DNA of 63,693 bases, filler included, from Octopus bimaculoides (taxonomy: Eukaryota), in assembly GCF_001194135.2 (NCBI RefSeq). It is 5 parts of 5 records of this genome, joined end to end, with 100 filler letters (N's around TTAATTAATTAA, not from the genome) between each part and the next. Parts side by side here need not be neighbours in the genome. Positions count along the whole stretch, not along the records: positions 31,622 to 54,392 come from NC_068981.1; 4 more parts are not named here. One strand, written 5' to 3'. Within the stretch, counting starts at the first letter, position 1. The number at the start of each line of letters is the position of its first letter. The position numbers and the translations under genes were made by a program. This document shows, piece by piece, positions 38,936 to 51,414 of the stretch. The notes under the pieces are model-generated. The model ran no database searches. It saw nothing but the letters and a program-made list of their open reading frames with translations, and was not told where the DNA came from.

Positions 38936-39426
38936 CTAGATGCAATGCGTACTTAGATGGATGTAATTTTCTATCAGCACCCCCCCACACACACACACAC
39001 ATTTGTTCCATTTTTTCTCTTCTTTTATTTTCTTCTCTTGGATTTATTCTATATCCCTTCAAAATTTCTCCCAGGCCTTACCCATTACAATGCATCTTCA
39101 CCTCACAGTCCTTAATGTTTGTCTTGGTCGATTGTTTAATTTGTACGTCCACCCTGTCGTTGTTTGTTCGTTCAAAGCTCTAACTCTCCAGAAATTTTAT
39201 ATTTTAAAAATTTCTGGAAGCTGCTGATTATGAAGTTTTCCTATATTGTCGTTGAAAGCTCAAAACAAGGTAGTAATTAACAGTCGACAACTGAGGAGGG
39301 GTTGGACTTCTTTTTCTAATTTGTTCCATACTTGTCTCTCGTGTGTTTACTTATTTTTCACTCGTTGGTGATGTCCTGTACTTGATGTATCATATATTTA
39401 TTCATATATATATATATATATATTTC

Positions 39427-39496
<70 letters not shown>

Positions 39497-39902
39497 ATGC
39501 ATGCATGCATGCACACACACACACGGACACAGACACACACACACACATATACTTCCATCCATGTAGTTAAACGTGCCAACATCTATATGTCACCAATACA
39601 TCCGAATGATTGATGGAAATTATTGAATGTGATTGCTAACAATAACTACAACCAATAAAATGGTTAAAAGAATAAATAAAAAAAAGGCTATTGATTTTTT
39701 TTAAAGACCGATTTACTGTACTCTACTGTATTATTGAAACGGAACATTTCTGACCAATATCGTTGTTGCCATTTTGAGAATATGTTTCAACGAGAAAAAC
39801 TAACTAGAACAAGGAAGTTTCTATCACCAATAAATAATGGCTTAAGCAGGCCAAAGCTTCGAAGTCACTGTCATTAATATCCTTGTTTAAGAATTATGTT
39901 CT

Positions 39903-40051
39903 TTTATTCTTTTACTTGTTTCAGTCATTTGACTACGGCCATGCTGGAGCACCACCTTTAGTCGAACAAATCGACCCCAGGACTTATTCTTTGTAAGCCT
40001 AGTACTTACTCTATCAATCTCATCAGTTGTCAAGCGATGGTGCAGGAACAA

Positions 40052-40055
<4 letters not shown>
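39903..40055 (-). mobile_element. SINE family E 3' half, next to a gap
   Basis: tttacttgtttcagtcatttgactacggccatgctggagcacc. Confidence 0.85.
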
Positions 40056-40088
<33 letters not shown>

Positions 40089-40373
40089 NNNNNNNNNNNN
40101 NNNNNNNNNNNNNNNNNNNNNNNNNNNNNNNNNNNNNNNNNNNNNNNNNNNNNNNNNNNNNNNNNNNNNNNNNNNNNNNNNNNNNNNNNNNNNNNNNNNN
40201 NNNNNNNNNNNNNNNNNNNNNNNNNNNNNNNNNNNNNNNNNNNNNNNNNNNNNNNNNNNNNNNNNNNNNNNNNNNNNNNNNNNNNNNNNNNNNNNNNNNN
40301 NNNNNNNNNNNNNNNNNNNNNNNNNNNNNNNNNNNNNNNNNNNNNNNNNNNNNNNNNNNNNNNNNNNNNNNNN

Positions 40374-40419
<46 letters not shown>

Positions 40420-40729
40420 AATTCATGACAAAGAACAGGAGTTACACAATCATGTGCGTGTGTACATGTGTGAAGCTAGAAGCTGTGTGTCAAGTGCTGT
40501 AGTTTGAAACTGCTTTAGACAAAGTAACGTATTCTCAAGCGACATATAAATTAAGAATTTAAGAAAACATATTTTAAATATTCAGACTCTGATAAAATAA
40601 CTCAAAAGAACTGACATGGTTAATTATAAAATTATATTTAATCATGTAAGACATGAGTGGACACCTGTATATGAGATGTCCTCTATTATAATTACCTTCT
40701 TCATATCTGGGACATATTATTGAAATTGC

Positions 40730-40830
40730 CTCCAAGTACTTGGACTGGTAGCGTTATTTTGTTGACCCCGGAAGAACGAAAGACAAAGGGGACCTCGACC
40801 AGATCTGACGTTCTCACGATTCTTCCATGT
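40730..40830 (-). mobile_element. SINE family B fragment
   Basis: ttgttgaccccggaagaacgaaagacaaaggggacctcg. Confidence 0.55.
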
Positions 40831-41046
40831 CGTGTTTTTTTCTGTGTCTGAAACCATGGAATGGATTTTAACTTGTACATGGTGTTGGTGAATCTCAGGC
40901 AACATGGTTAAAGTATAGTATATGACGTTGATTCGAAAGCGCTGAGATAAGTTATAAGACCTAGCGACAAGGTTCTGTACAGGCCACATGCCACATGTAG
41001 GGTAAACTCTATCTATCTATCTATCGATGCCACATGTAGGGTAAAC

Positions 41047-41084
<38 letters not shown>

Positions 41085-42075
41085 GATCTATCTATCTATC
41101 AATCAATCGGTCGTCTGTCTGTCTGTATGACCTATCTGTCTGTTAACTTATTTATCTACTTCTATATCCGTAAACCTTTCATAGATCCTTAATCCCTCAC
41201 ATCCCTGGACCTATAAAACCTTGATATCCATAAATCTATTACGAAAAACTAAACCTATTCAGACCTCCTTCTACTCTATTAGTTTTTATTGTATTTTATC
41301 GTTTTATATTCATTTATTTTATTCCACCCTCCTCTCTTAATTCCCTAACCTCTCCTAGTAACGGCGTTACAGTTATCTTACTATACTTAAACATGTAGAT
41401 ATTCACATGTTAGACAACAAACTCTAAGTCTGTTACCACATGTTTTGAAAACTGATGTTTACGCTAGCAAACACTACGTATGTGTGTGTGTATGCATGTA
41501 TCATGTTCGTGTATGCGTGTTTAATGGAGGTCTTTTGTGAGTTATATATTGTATTAGAGAAAAGGAAGGCTTCTGAGGACGTTGGTGGTAAGCATTTAAC
41601 CGTAAATGTTCCTTCGATTCATACACCGTGACCTCTCTCTCTCTCTCTCCATGTCGTAGAGCTGAAGTTCTTCTCTAATTAAACACAGTCGCCATATTGT
41701 CTTCACACCAGGCTACGCCACGAATACCTTCTTGTTTACACTGGGAGCATTCTGTGTGTGCACAAACAAACAGCACGTGCACGTATTTGTGCATGAATGT
41801 GCATTACACCGACCAATCAATAAACTATTTCAACTCGCAGCTCCTTTCAGCTCCCTTCCTCCTACTCCGCCTCCTCCTCTCTCTCCGTCCTCAACTCTCT
41901 CTCTTACTCTCTCTCGCCCTCATTCTGTCTCTCTATTTTTTCCTTTATCATTCCTATTTTCTCACCAGCCCCGCTACCATTCTCTCTCTCTCTCTCCGTT
42001 TTTCCTTTTCCAGTATTCTTCAAACGTGCAATTATTTAATTTCTCTGGCTTTTATTTATTCCTCTTCGCCCCCCG

Positions 42076-42112
<37 letters not shown>

Positions 42113-43197
42113 CTTCCCCTCTTTAAGGGGTGGGGGAATGAATGATCGACTGCAGACACGCCCCAATATGCATATTATTGACAGCCAGTTGTGCATATGG
42201 AGAGCTCAATGCTTTAATAATCTCAGTTTAAACAACAAATAGATGATCCTAGATTATCATATTCTCCCTATTCCTCTAATCCTAATCGTTTGCGGGTGGG
42301 TTACGACTATTCTAACAGTTTGAACTTCGATAAAATAACTTCGGAATGATAACTTCCAACTCTTCGTTTTCAAAGATACATCCATTTGTTTTCAGATGTT
42401 TTCCCACTGTTTTAAGACCCGTCTTCAATTGTAAACTAGAGTCCGTTTTTTTTTTCTTCTTTCATTAAATATTGCAATTTAATAAATAATTTAATGGTTG
42501 GGCTAGAGAGAGATTAAAGAGATTTTGTCGTCATACAGAAACATGTGAAAGTATTTTTTGTTTTTGTCTCCAGATGAAACATTTTCGTTATGACACACGA
42601 TACAACAGGTTGTCATAAACCTCTCCTAATTCTTTCTATCATAGGTACACGGCCTGATATTTTGCTCAACTAGTATTTATTTCGATCGTTATCTGTGCAT
42701 CGTACTAACTGTACATACAGCATTGAAAGGCATGATGCTGTGGTTTGTGTCTGAGAGAAAATCTCTTCATTCACCTGATGTGTTGAAAACGCGTGTATCG
42801 GGGCGAGGTGAAATATCATCGCAGTAGTGACTCACCAGGACGACAGATACGTCTACCAATAGTAACGATGGGTTGAGAGGATAGAATTATCCTCAATAAT
42901 GTTTATATTAATAACACTAATCACACACGTGCACACGCGCGCACATACACACATATATATCTATACGCGTGCGTCTGTGTGTGTGTGTATTAATATATAA
43001 GTTTAGAGGGCTATATTTGCTGGGCGAATACCGTGGTAGGCCTCAGTTATGTTCCAGGTTACGGCTAACCGCATCGTTTAGTATCTAATGTCTATGAATA
43101 CTATGAGTTGTCACTCACGCTGTAAACTCCCCCGATGGATAAATCGGTGTTCGCTTTTCTGGATATTAATATTATCTGGAGTGTATATTAGCAATGG

Positions 43198-43581
43198 GGA
43201 GGCGCAATGGCCCAGTGATTAGGGCAGCGGACTCGCGGTCATAGGATCGCGGTTTCGATTCCCAGACCGGGCGTTGTGAGTGTTTATTGAGTGAAAACAC
43301 CTAAAGCTCCACGAGGCTCCGGCAGGGGATGGTGACGAACCCTGCTGTACTCTTTCACCAAAACTTTCTCTCACTCTTTCTTCCTGTTTCTGTTGTACCT
43401 GTAATTCAAAGGGTCAGCCTTGTCACGCTGAATCTCCCCCGAGAACTACGTTAAGGGTACATGTGTCTGTGGAGTGCTCAGCCACTTGCACGTTAATTTC
43501 ACGAGCAGGCTGTTCCGTTGATCGGATCAACTGGAACCCTCGACGTCGTAAGCGACCGAGTGCCAACAACAACAACAACAC
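43198..43581 (+). mobile_element. Full-length SINE family C with (CAA)n tail and 11-bp TSD
   Basis: TSD ATATTAGCAAT at 43185-43195 and 43582-43592. Confidence 0.93.
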
Positions 43582-44229
43582 ATATTAGCAATAGAGAAGA
43601 TGGAGACTGATTCATCCTCAAAATTTATTTCCTTTTATTTTACAATTTCAAACAGCTTAATTCATACGGCTACGACGACCTGCCCGTGTGTCCACCGCAC
43701 AGATTATGAGCAGTTGCACATGCAACCGGGTATAATTTTCTGTGCAGCTTCATTCAGGGTCTATCCATTATCTAGCTTTGAATGGAGCTGAATACATTTA
43801 CTTGTTTTTTTTGGTCAGGGGTCATGGAGAGGTGAGGGGAGGTTGTTTTTGAATCTTAGATCTAATCTGTTTGTAAGCTTGTGTGGTTGACCTTCGTTTC
43901 ACACCATTTGCTGGCCACAGTCAGGATTCTGTCTAATTAGGTCGAGTCGATGTTACTATTTTGGCAGACCTCTTTGTATATTGTACTTAATATCCTTATT
44001 TTCAAGTGCAGTCTTTGTAATGTTTTTAGTCATTCATATATTTATTTTCTTGCCTATGTTGTTTATGCTGGGTAGTAGAAGGTGGATAGAAAATATATCA
44101 GTTTGGTTATGAAAGGCTGCATATTTTTTGAGTTTAGGATATGTGCATCTTTCCCTCCTTTCCACCCATCTGTGGATGAGATGTTGAGTTATCTAGAACT
44201 TTCTTTAAATTTCTTAAATGTTTTAAGGC

Positions 44230-45070
44230 CTGTTCAAGCCTGCTGTTAAGTCATTTGTGTCTCGATGTTATGATTCGGTAGATTTCTTCTATGCATAACT
44301 CACATCTATTTCCTCCTGCATGATATGGTTGAGCTGTACTGATTCTTTCCCACTCCATGGTATTCCTAAGTTTAATGGTCCAGCTTAGTCTGTGTCGGCT
44401 CGTGCTATTCATCTTAGCTTTGTCTCTAAATGAATTTAAATGGCTAGCCACTCTGTTTTAAAATTTAGCGAGCTGGCCCCTATGTAGAAGTACGTCCTTC
44501 CCTCAGAAGTGATTTTGCATCTATACACTAGGTTCTTCGTCTAACATCCAGAGTTCATGGGGCATACTTTATCCCTGGTACAGTTACAGAGACCTAATTC
44601 TCTGTTCCTATTATTTATTGTGTTATAGCTCCTACTATATATTTCTGCTGCCCTCATTTCTATTGATTTACTATTTTGTCTAAGCTTTCTATCCATAGGT
44701 GTTTGTGGGCTGCTATTTCTACCAATTCCTGCTCCCTGTTTTGTGAAGGTATTGACTTGCTCCGAAGTTGTCTTCCCTTGACTGCTGGTTTTTAGTTTAT
44801 TTAACCCCACTATCGTGTGTATTATGCTTGTGTTAGAGTTCAAGTCTCTTCTGTTATTAACTACTACTGCCCTGGTATTATGAATATTTCCGTTGTAGGT
44901 TAATTTTTCTTGTCTACTATTTTCATCGGTCATTCAGAAGTGAGATAGTTTTCTCGTGCTGTATGTTGCTATTATTTGTGCAAGGTTATGGTTAGTGGGA
45001 AAAGCGAGCTGGACATTGTGCGTATTGAATCTTCCATGGTATTTGCTAGACTTGGGAAAGTGTTTCTAAC
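44230..45070 (-). mobile_element. Second Penelope-like element fragment (RT thumb end + GIY-YIG), opposite orientation
   Basis: KHFPKSSKYHGRFNTHNVQLAF..., CNCTRDKVCPMNSGC, NLVYRCKI...YFYIGASS, SHLNSFRD, AQPYHAGGNRCELCIEE. Confidence 0.85.
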
Positions 45071-45074
45071 AATC

Positions 45075-47680
45075 TTTAACACATACAAAAAGCAAGATGC
45101 TGCATTAAATGATATAAACACTGCAGCCAAATAAATAGTCACTAAACTTAGAATAGATGATAGAGTAGACATATTAACACACAAATGGCCATATATAACC
45201 ATGAAAGACCAAAAACTAGACATCGGTCAGATTTTAAAAACCTTCGAAATTGGACATAGGCATCATTTGTAAAAAAAAAAAAAAGAATCATAAACAAATG
45301 ATCATCTAAAATAAAAACAATATCGACATTATCTCTTTGAAGTAAGACAGACGAAGTAATAGATTCCCAGAAATCCCAAACTAAAATGAATGCTATAGAT
45401 TATTATACGTCAATAACAAAATCTGTTCTTACAGCTGCTTTGAAATTTGCTAAAGCTATAACCATAATGAACGACACTAAAATAGAAACAATATTACAAG
45501 CAAAGAAATCGCTCTTCTTCCACAACAATGACTTCTGGATTAGGAAAAACACTGAAGAACTATTTGATGTAAGCATGGAGTGAAAGGACTTGGCAGAGAT
45601 AAGCGACATCGTTGGTCTTTATAGATTAGAAAATTTACTCAATAAATTTCCATTAGTTTCAGGTGGTCTTTATAGGGATGATGGTCTGCTCCTACTAAGA
45701 AAATACAACCCACAAAAGAAAAACAAACTAATAAATTTAGGAAGGAACTACACCACTTCTTTGTGTTTCTCAATTACAGGAGAAATACAAGTAAACTCAC
45801 CTAGCTATTACCCTCGACTTGGAATCAAGTATCTATAAACCATACAAGAAAGATAATGAAAAAATTCAGTATATACATAAACAATCGTTACTCAGTATAT
45901 ACATAATTTAGAATATACGTAAGCAATCACCCCAAAAGCATTATCAAAAACTTAGTAAAAACACATTTCACTCAGACTTTCCTCTTTATCTTTCAATTAA
46001 AAAATGCTAAACGAAATATGAACTTTTTATAACGAAGCTCTCAATAATAGTGATTACAAGGAAAAAGTGCAATATATAAACAGCAATCCTCATACAATAG
46101 ATATTATACATAAGAAAAAAGGAAATTAATCTGGTATAATCCTTCATGCAACATACATGCCTCTGCACCAATACCTAAATTATTTTTCAAAATACTGCGA
46201 AAACACTTCCACTCCAACCACAAGTACTACAAATTAATAAACAAACACAACGTAAAATTGTCATACTCCACTTTCACCAACTTATAAAAAAAACTGAAGT
46301 CAACTACAACCACCAAAAATTTCTAAAGTTGAAAACCTAAACTACATGCATAATAACATCCTGCCCTCTTGAAGGGGATTCTCTCTCAAGAAATATCGTA
46401 TAGAGAGCAATGATAACCATGAACACCAACTACTATATCTACATACACAGAATCTACAAAAAACCAGTTCAAGATACAATACAACCAACACATGCAATCT
46501 TTTCGCAACCCAAACCGGAAAAATGATGCATCACTATCGAAATATATATATGGCAATTAAAATATAAATATTCCATTTAGCATCAATTGGTTCCCTATCT
46601 CTGACCAAAATCGCACAAAAGACTTTCTAATATAACTATACAAACCAACACACACACACTTAAAAAAAATATTTGTATGCAAGCAAGTTGAAAGCTTCCC
46701 TTTTTTAAAAAATTGAATTTTATTTTTATTTCCATTCTATTCCTATTTTTATACATGACTTCTGTAATGCCCCACTTTAGCCTATATCCAGAACAGAATT
46801 GAAGAAATACTTATAAACAAACAACAAACAAACCCTGCCTCCATAAAACACAAAGGATAAAATCTCTACGTACAAATCAAATTGCTTATAAGACAATGAA
46901 CACCTAGAGAGAAACATACAAATCAACAACCAAATGGTTGTAGGTTTGTATTGTCCCCTCTGGGTTGGCCCCTTGTGGATAATAAAAAATCACAAACCTA
47001 CAACCAAATACTTTTGTGAACATCAAAACAAGAGAAACAATTTATTGACAGCGCCATGACATGCCTGACTGACAATCGTCACCTTACAAATAAAAACAAG
47101 AATTACCCTAAATAACAACAAGTAAAGAAACTGACCTACTAAAAGATACTACCTACTTATATCCTTTCGTGAAAAGAAGTTGACACACCTAATTACAAAG
47201 AGCTTAAATATTGGATTTTGAACCTTTGACTGTCACATTGTCAAAGTAAGTAATTAAATCCAATAAAACCAGAAATAACTATAACCACTGGCCTGTCCTA
47301 TACCTGCCTGTCAAGAGGGACACACCTCCTTCAAAGTTCTATATACATGAATATATTCTACACAGTAATATAACCCAAAATTTAATCAATAAAATTTTCT
47401 CCAAAACACCTTTCCATAACAACAAACCATAAGAATTTAATTACCCCTCCACCCAAACCCATACACTCAAGAAAGATTTTAATTCAACCGTGACAATGTG
47501 AAGCCAAGATTAACTCAATGCATTGCAGCCCGACGATGGCTTAACTGGGCGAAACTTCAAAGTCACTGTCAATAATATTTTTGTTTAAAAACAATAGATT
47601 TGTACTTTGTAAAAGTATAAAGTAACCCATCCGATTAATGTAAAATTGTTTTTATTATAACTGAACAGAAAAACAAACAT
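45075..47680 (+). mobile_element. Penelope-like element (Naiad-like), degraded RT + GIY-YIG + 3' terminus
   Basis: KLRIDDRVD...YITMKD, LFDVSME..LAEISDIVGL, GGLYRDDGL, KLIWYNP...KHFHSNHKYYKLINKHNVKLSYS, SCPLEG...RNIV, HMQSFRNPNRKNDASLSKY. Clade assignment is from memory of these motifs. Confidence 0.85.
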
Positions 47681-47688
47681 TACATGTA

Positions 47689-47741
<53 letters not shown>

Positions 47742-47793
47742 AGTCTGCAAATAATAATATTTTATAAGCTTTAAGCATATGAAATATTATCAA

Positions 47794-48064
47794 AGGAGTC
47801 GCTGTGTGGTAAGTAGCTTGCATCCCACAAACACGATTCCGGGTTCAATCCCACTGCGTGGCACCTTGGGCAAGTGTCTTTTACTATAGCCTCGGGCCGA
47901 CCAAAGCCTTGTGAGTGGATCTGGTAGACGGAAACTGAAAGAAGCCCGTTATATATGTGTGTGTGTGTGTGTGTGTGTGAGTGTGTTTGTATGTGTGTGA
48001 GTGAGTGTGTGTGTGTGTTTATGTATCTGTGTTTGTCCCCACCACCACCGTTTGACAACTGATG
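47794..48064 (+). mobile_element. SINE family E 5' half, running into a gap
   Basis: gctgtgtggtaagtagcttg...gaaagaagcccg + (TG)n. Confidence 0.88.
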
Positions 48065-48299
48065 NNNNNNNNNNNNNNNNNNNNNNNNNNNNNNNNNNNN
48101 NNNNNNNNNNNNNNNNNNNNNNNNNNNNNNNNNNNNNNNNNNNNNNNNNNNNNNNNNNNNNNNNNNNNNNNNNNNNNNNNNNNNNNNNNNNNNNNNNNNN
48201 TATATATATATATATGTATATATATATACATATATATATAATACAATTTGCTGTATGTCAAAAGATAAGAGCTAAAAGATGAAAAGACGTCATATAAAC

Positions 48300-48790
48300 T
48301 TAGGACATAAACTGTTTATAGCAAAAACAATCCCTTAGAGAGAAACTTGGAAGCTGGAAAATGATCTTATTCAACGTGGGTCTAAAGACTGAGAGCCTTT
48401 GGCTGCAACAAGAGCAATCCCTATGAAGAGAAGAAATCCAGGAGTTTGTAAGCATGCTAAGTTCTAAAATATTTCATTCGACGTCAGAGACGAATGGAAA
48501 TGTCAGTCGGCGTTATGAAGTGATGGCCAGAACCTCCTGGAAAATAACCATAGCGAGGGACATTCCACAGTTGAATTAGAACAGTCACAAACAGTGAAAG
48601 AAGACATGCACCCAACACCAGAGCTGAAGACACCTCCGAAAGGGGGGGTCCCGCCACGTCAAAACGGTAGAGGAGTAAGGGCCAAAACCAGACGTGGTTC
48701 CTCCTGATGATGTCTTGAGCTAACTGGATCCTATAAAGGAGCTGTTGTGGTAGCAGACCACGAAACATGGTTGAAATTCCTTCCTGGTCG
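48300..48790 (+). mobile_element. Possible Penelope-type 3' remnant
   Basis: KITIARDIPQLN resembles the GIY-YIG C-terminal IxxxxPxLN, followed by CTGATGA...CGAAAC. Weak. Confidence 0.3.
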
Positions 48791-49521
48791 AAGAGTGAAG
48801 GCGACGAGCTGGCAGAATCNNNNNNNNNNNNNNNNNNNNNNNNNNNNNNNNNNNNNNNNNNNNNNNNNNNNNNNNNNNNNNNNNNNNNNNNNNNNNNNNN
48901 NNNNNNNNNNNNNNNNNNNNNNNNNNNNNNNNNNNNNNNNNNNNNNNNNNNNNNNNNNNNNNNNNNNNNNNNNNNNNNNNNNNNNNNNNNNNNNNNNNNN
49001 NNNNNNNNNNNNNNNNNNNNNNNNNNNNNNNNNNNNNNNNNNNNNNNNNNNNNNNNNNNNNNNNNNNNNNNNNNNNNNNNNNNNNNNNNNNNNNNNNNNN
49101 NNNNNNNNNNNNNNNNNNNNNNNNNNNNNNNNNNNNNNNNNNNNNNNNNNNNNNNNNNNNNNNNNNNNNNNNNNNNNNNNNNNNNNNNNNNNNNNNNNNN
49201 NNNNNNNNNNNNNNNNNNNNNNNNNNNNNNNNNNNNNNNNNNNNNNNNNNNNNNNNNNNNNNNNNNNNNNNNNNNNNNNNNNNNNNNNNNNNNNNNNNNN
49301 NNNNNNNNNNNNNNNNNNNNNNNNNNNNNNNNNNNNNNNNNNNNNNNNNNNNNNNNNNNNNNNNNNNNNNNNNNNNNNNNNNNNNNNNNNNNNNNNNNNN
49401 NNNNNNNNNNNNNNNNNNNNNNNNNNNNNNNNNNNNNNNNNNNNNNNNNNNNNNNNNNNNNNNNNNNNNNNNNNNNNNNNNNNNNNNNNNNNNNNNNNNN
49501 NNNNNNNNNNNNNNNNNNNNN

Positions 49522-49910
49522 GAGTACAGAAAACACACAAGCCACATAGAGAACGTTTTCCTTCATCAGCTACCCCCGTTTTAATACCGGCGTTTCGAAG
49601 AGTTGGGCAGGACGCATCGTTAAAACGGCTCTTCCCATGGACCGCAAATTAAATTTGTATACACAAATTAAACCTGTGCCATGGAGGAATGTAGTGACGG
49701 ACAAAAGACAAGACAGGAAAACAAACGGAAAAGGCTATGCGGCCAGACGTGAAAAATTATGTGTATATGAACGCTGTGAGGCACGAACTGAAAGCGGGAT
49801 GAAGTAAGTTTGCGTGTTTGCTCGGCGATAGCCAAGGAAGAAAAGGATTAGTGACCGGAAACATGTGACCAGGGAGGCGTAAGGAAGAGAGAGAGTGGTA
49901 GAGGGAGAAA
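49522..49910 (-). mobile_element. PLE-terminus-like repeat with hammerhead core motifs
   Basis: Minus strand ...CGAAACGCCGGTA...CTGATGA... preceded by a pyrimidine-rich leader. Truncated by a gap. Confidence 0.35.
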
Positions 49911-49912
49911 CA

Positions 49913-49945
<33 letters not shown>

Positions 49946-50573
49946 ATGTATAAATGATTGGCCGTATGAAGCTTGTGTTCCCTCGTTTAAGAATTCGTCT
50001 GAAAGTGTAACTTTGAATGTTTTTAATATTTACCTTAAATTGTGGTTCTCACAATATCGATCACTCACATTCACACACACTCACAGACACACACGCACAC
50101 ACACATGTATATATGTGATTGTGTGTGTGTACATGTATGTATATATGAGTGTATAAATATGTGTATGTATGTATGTATGTATGCATAATTCTTTTTAATT
50201 TTCCCTATACTTACATGTATCCATTCTCACTTCCTCTATCTAGCTGTCTGTCTGTTTGTCTCTCTATCTATCTATATAATATATATATATATATATATAT
50301 CACTCTATCTCTCTGTTTGTTGACTTTTCTTTCTTTCTTTCCTTCTTTCTTTCTTTCTTTCTCTCTTTTTTTCTTTCAAATTGCTTGTCTCTATTTCTTT
50401 ACTTTGATACAAAAAAATTCCTTATATTCAAACCTGTTGTGTATTTTTCTTTTACTTTTGTTTATTTATTCAGTTCCTGATATTATCTCTTTTAGCACCT
50501 CCCCACCACCTTGTCCCACCATCCCTCGCCCTCCTCCCACCAACAATCACGTCTCTATATATTTCCTTATAAG

Positions 50574-50678
50574 GAAACAGCAGAACCTGTTCTCTTGAAA
50601 TCCAAGAAAACTTTCTTGCGTAACAACATTAGTGAAATATTTGTCCATGGAATTAAAGAAGAACTGGAACAGGAATAG
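50574..50678 (+). CDS. Candidate terminal exon or decayed ORF
   Basis: Acceptor atttccttataag| then ETAEPVLLKSKKTFLRNNISEIFVHGIKEELEQE*. The same frame continues to about 51128 with few stops. Confidence 0.25.
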   Translation, partial: ETAEPVLLKSKKTFLRNNISEIFVHGIKEELEQE

Positions 50679-51138
50679 CACAGTAGTTTCACATTTGGGA
50701 GTGCCGAGACCATTTCTTGTAAAAGACAGGTAAAGCACAATGGTAAATCTTCCAGCAATGTGAGTTCAGGTTCGTTTCCAGGTCGGATAAACAATTTCAA
50801 TAAATCAGCTAATGTGGGTGGTAAAGGTATGAACGTCACAACTCCTTGTTATCGTATCTGCTAAGGTCAACAGATTTAATCATCCACTGATAACCTTTCA
50901 TCAAAAAAAGGTCAATAAATTGGCTCTGATTATATCACAGGTGTATGGGATCAATACACTTCGTTCAGAATTGTCAAATTATGCAATAAGCTAACCACAA
51001 CAGTTGGTAGCTTCCAGGACATTGCACCCTTCAAATATTCCATACTTGTCAAAATTCGCTGCCAAAAGACAGCCAGTTGGATCCATGAGAATGTGGGAAT
51101 CATTGGTGAAAATAAACCTATACATTGAGACCCCTTAC

Positions 51139-51225
51139 TTGAAAAATAGGCAAGGATTTAAGAATAACAGAAAGAATATCCAGCTCTTATACAATACCTC
51201 TCTCTCTATAAGATATTTGTTAAAC
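51139..51225 (-). CDS. Candidate upstream exon with a hydrophobic signal/anchor segment
   Basis: Strong acceptor ttttacgtttgttttccag| and donor |gtaagg; 87 nt. Only the phase 2-2 frame is open: FNKYLIEREVLYKSWIFFLLFLNPCLFF(K). Confidence 0.45.
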
Positions 51226-51414
51226 CTGGAAAACAAACGTAAAAATGAACAAGTATATATGTGTGGACACACGTTATATATACATATACATAGATTATTT
51301 TTAACGTTAGAATTCGGAGCAGATAATGCTATAAATAATAGGGTGTAGAATATTGGGTTAAAACATCCCTTGGATGGAAAAAAGTTGAAGCTACCATGGG
51401 ACACGAATATATAT

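Noticed and set aside
39081-39178. Minus-strand exon candidate SFERTNNDRV...MHCNG
   Set aside because: The donor is good, but the acceptor lacks a polypyrimidine tract and the phase-0 start does not fit the phase-2 chain.
44230-46560. Selenocysteine recoding in the Naiad-like elements
   Set aside because: The conserved Cys positions read TGT/TGC. The in-frame stops are mixed TAG/TAA/TGA at non-Cys positions, consistent with decay.
48700-48780. Hammerhead from CTGATGA...CGAAAC
   Set aside because: Stem I does not pair, and the best local hairpin (cgtggtt/gaccacg) encloses the core instead of flanking it.
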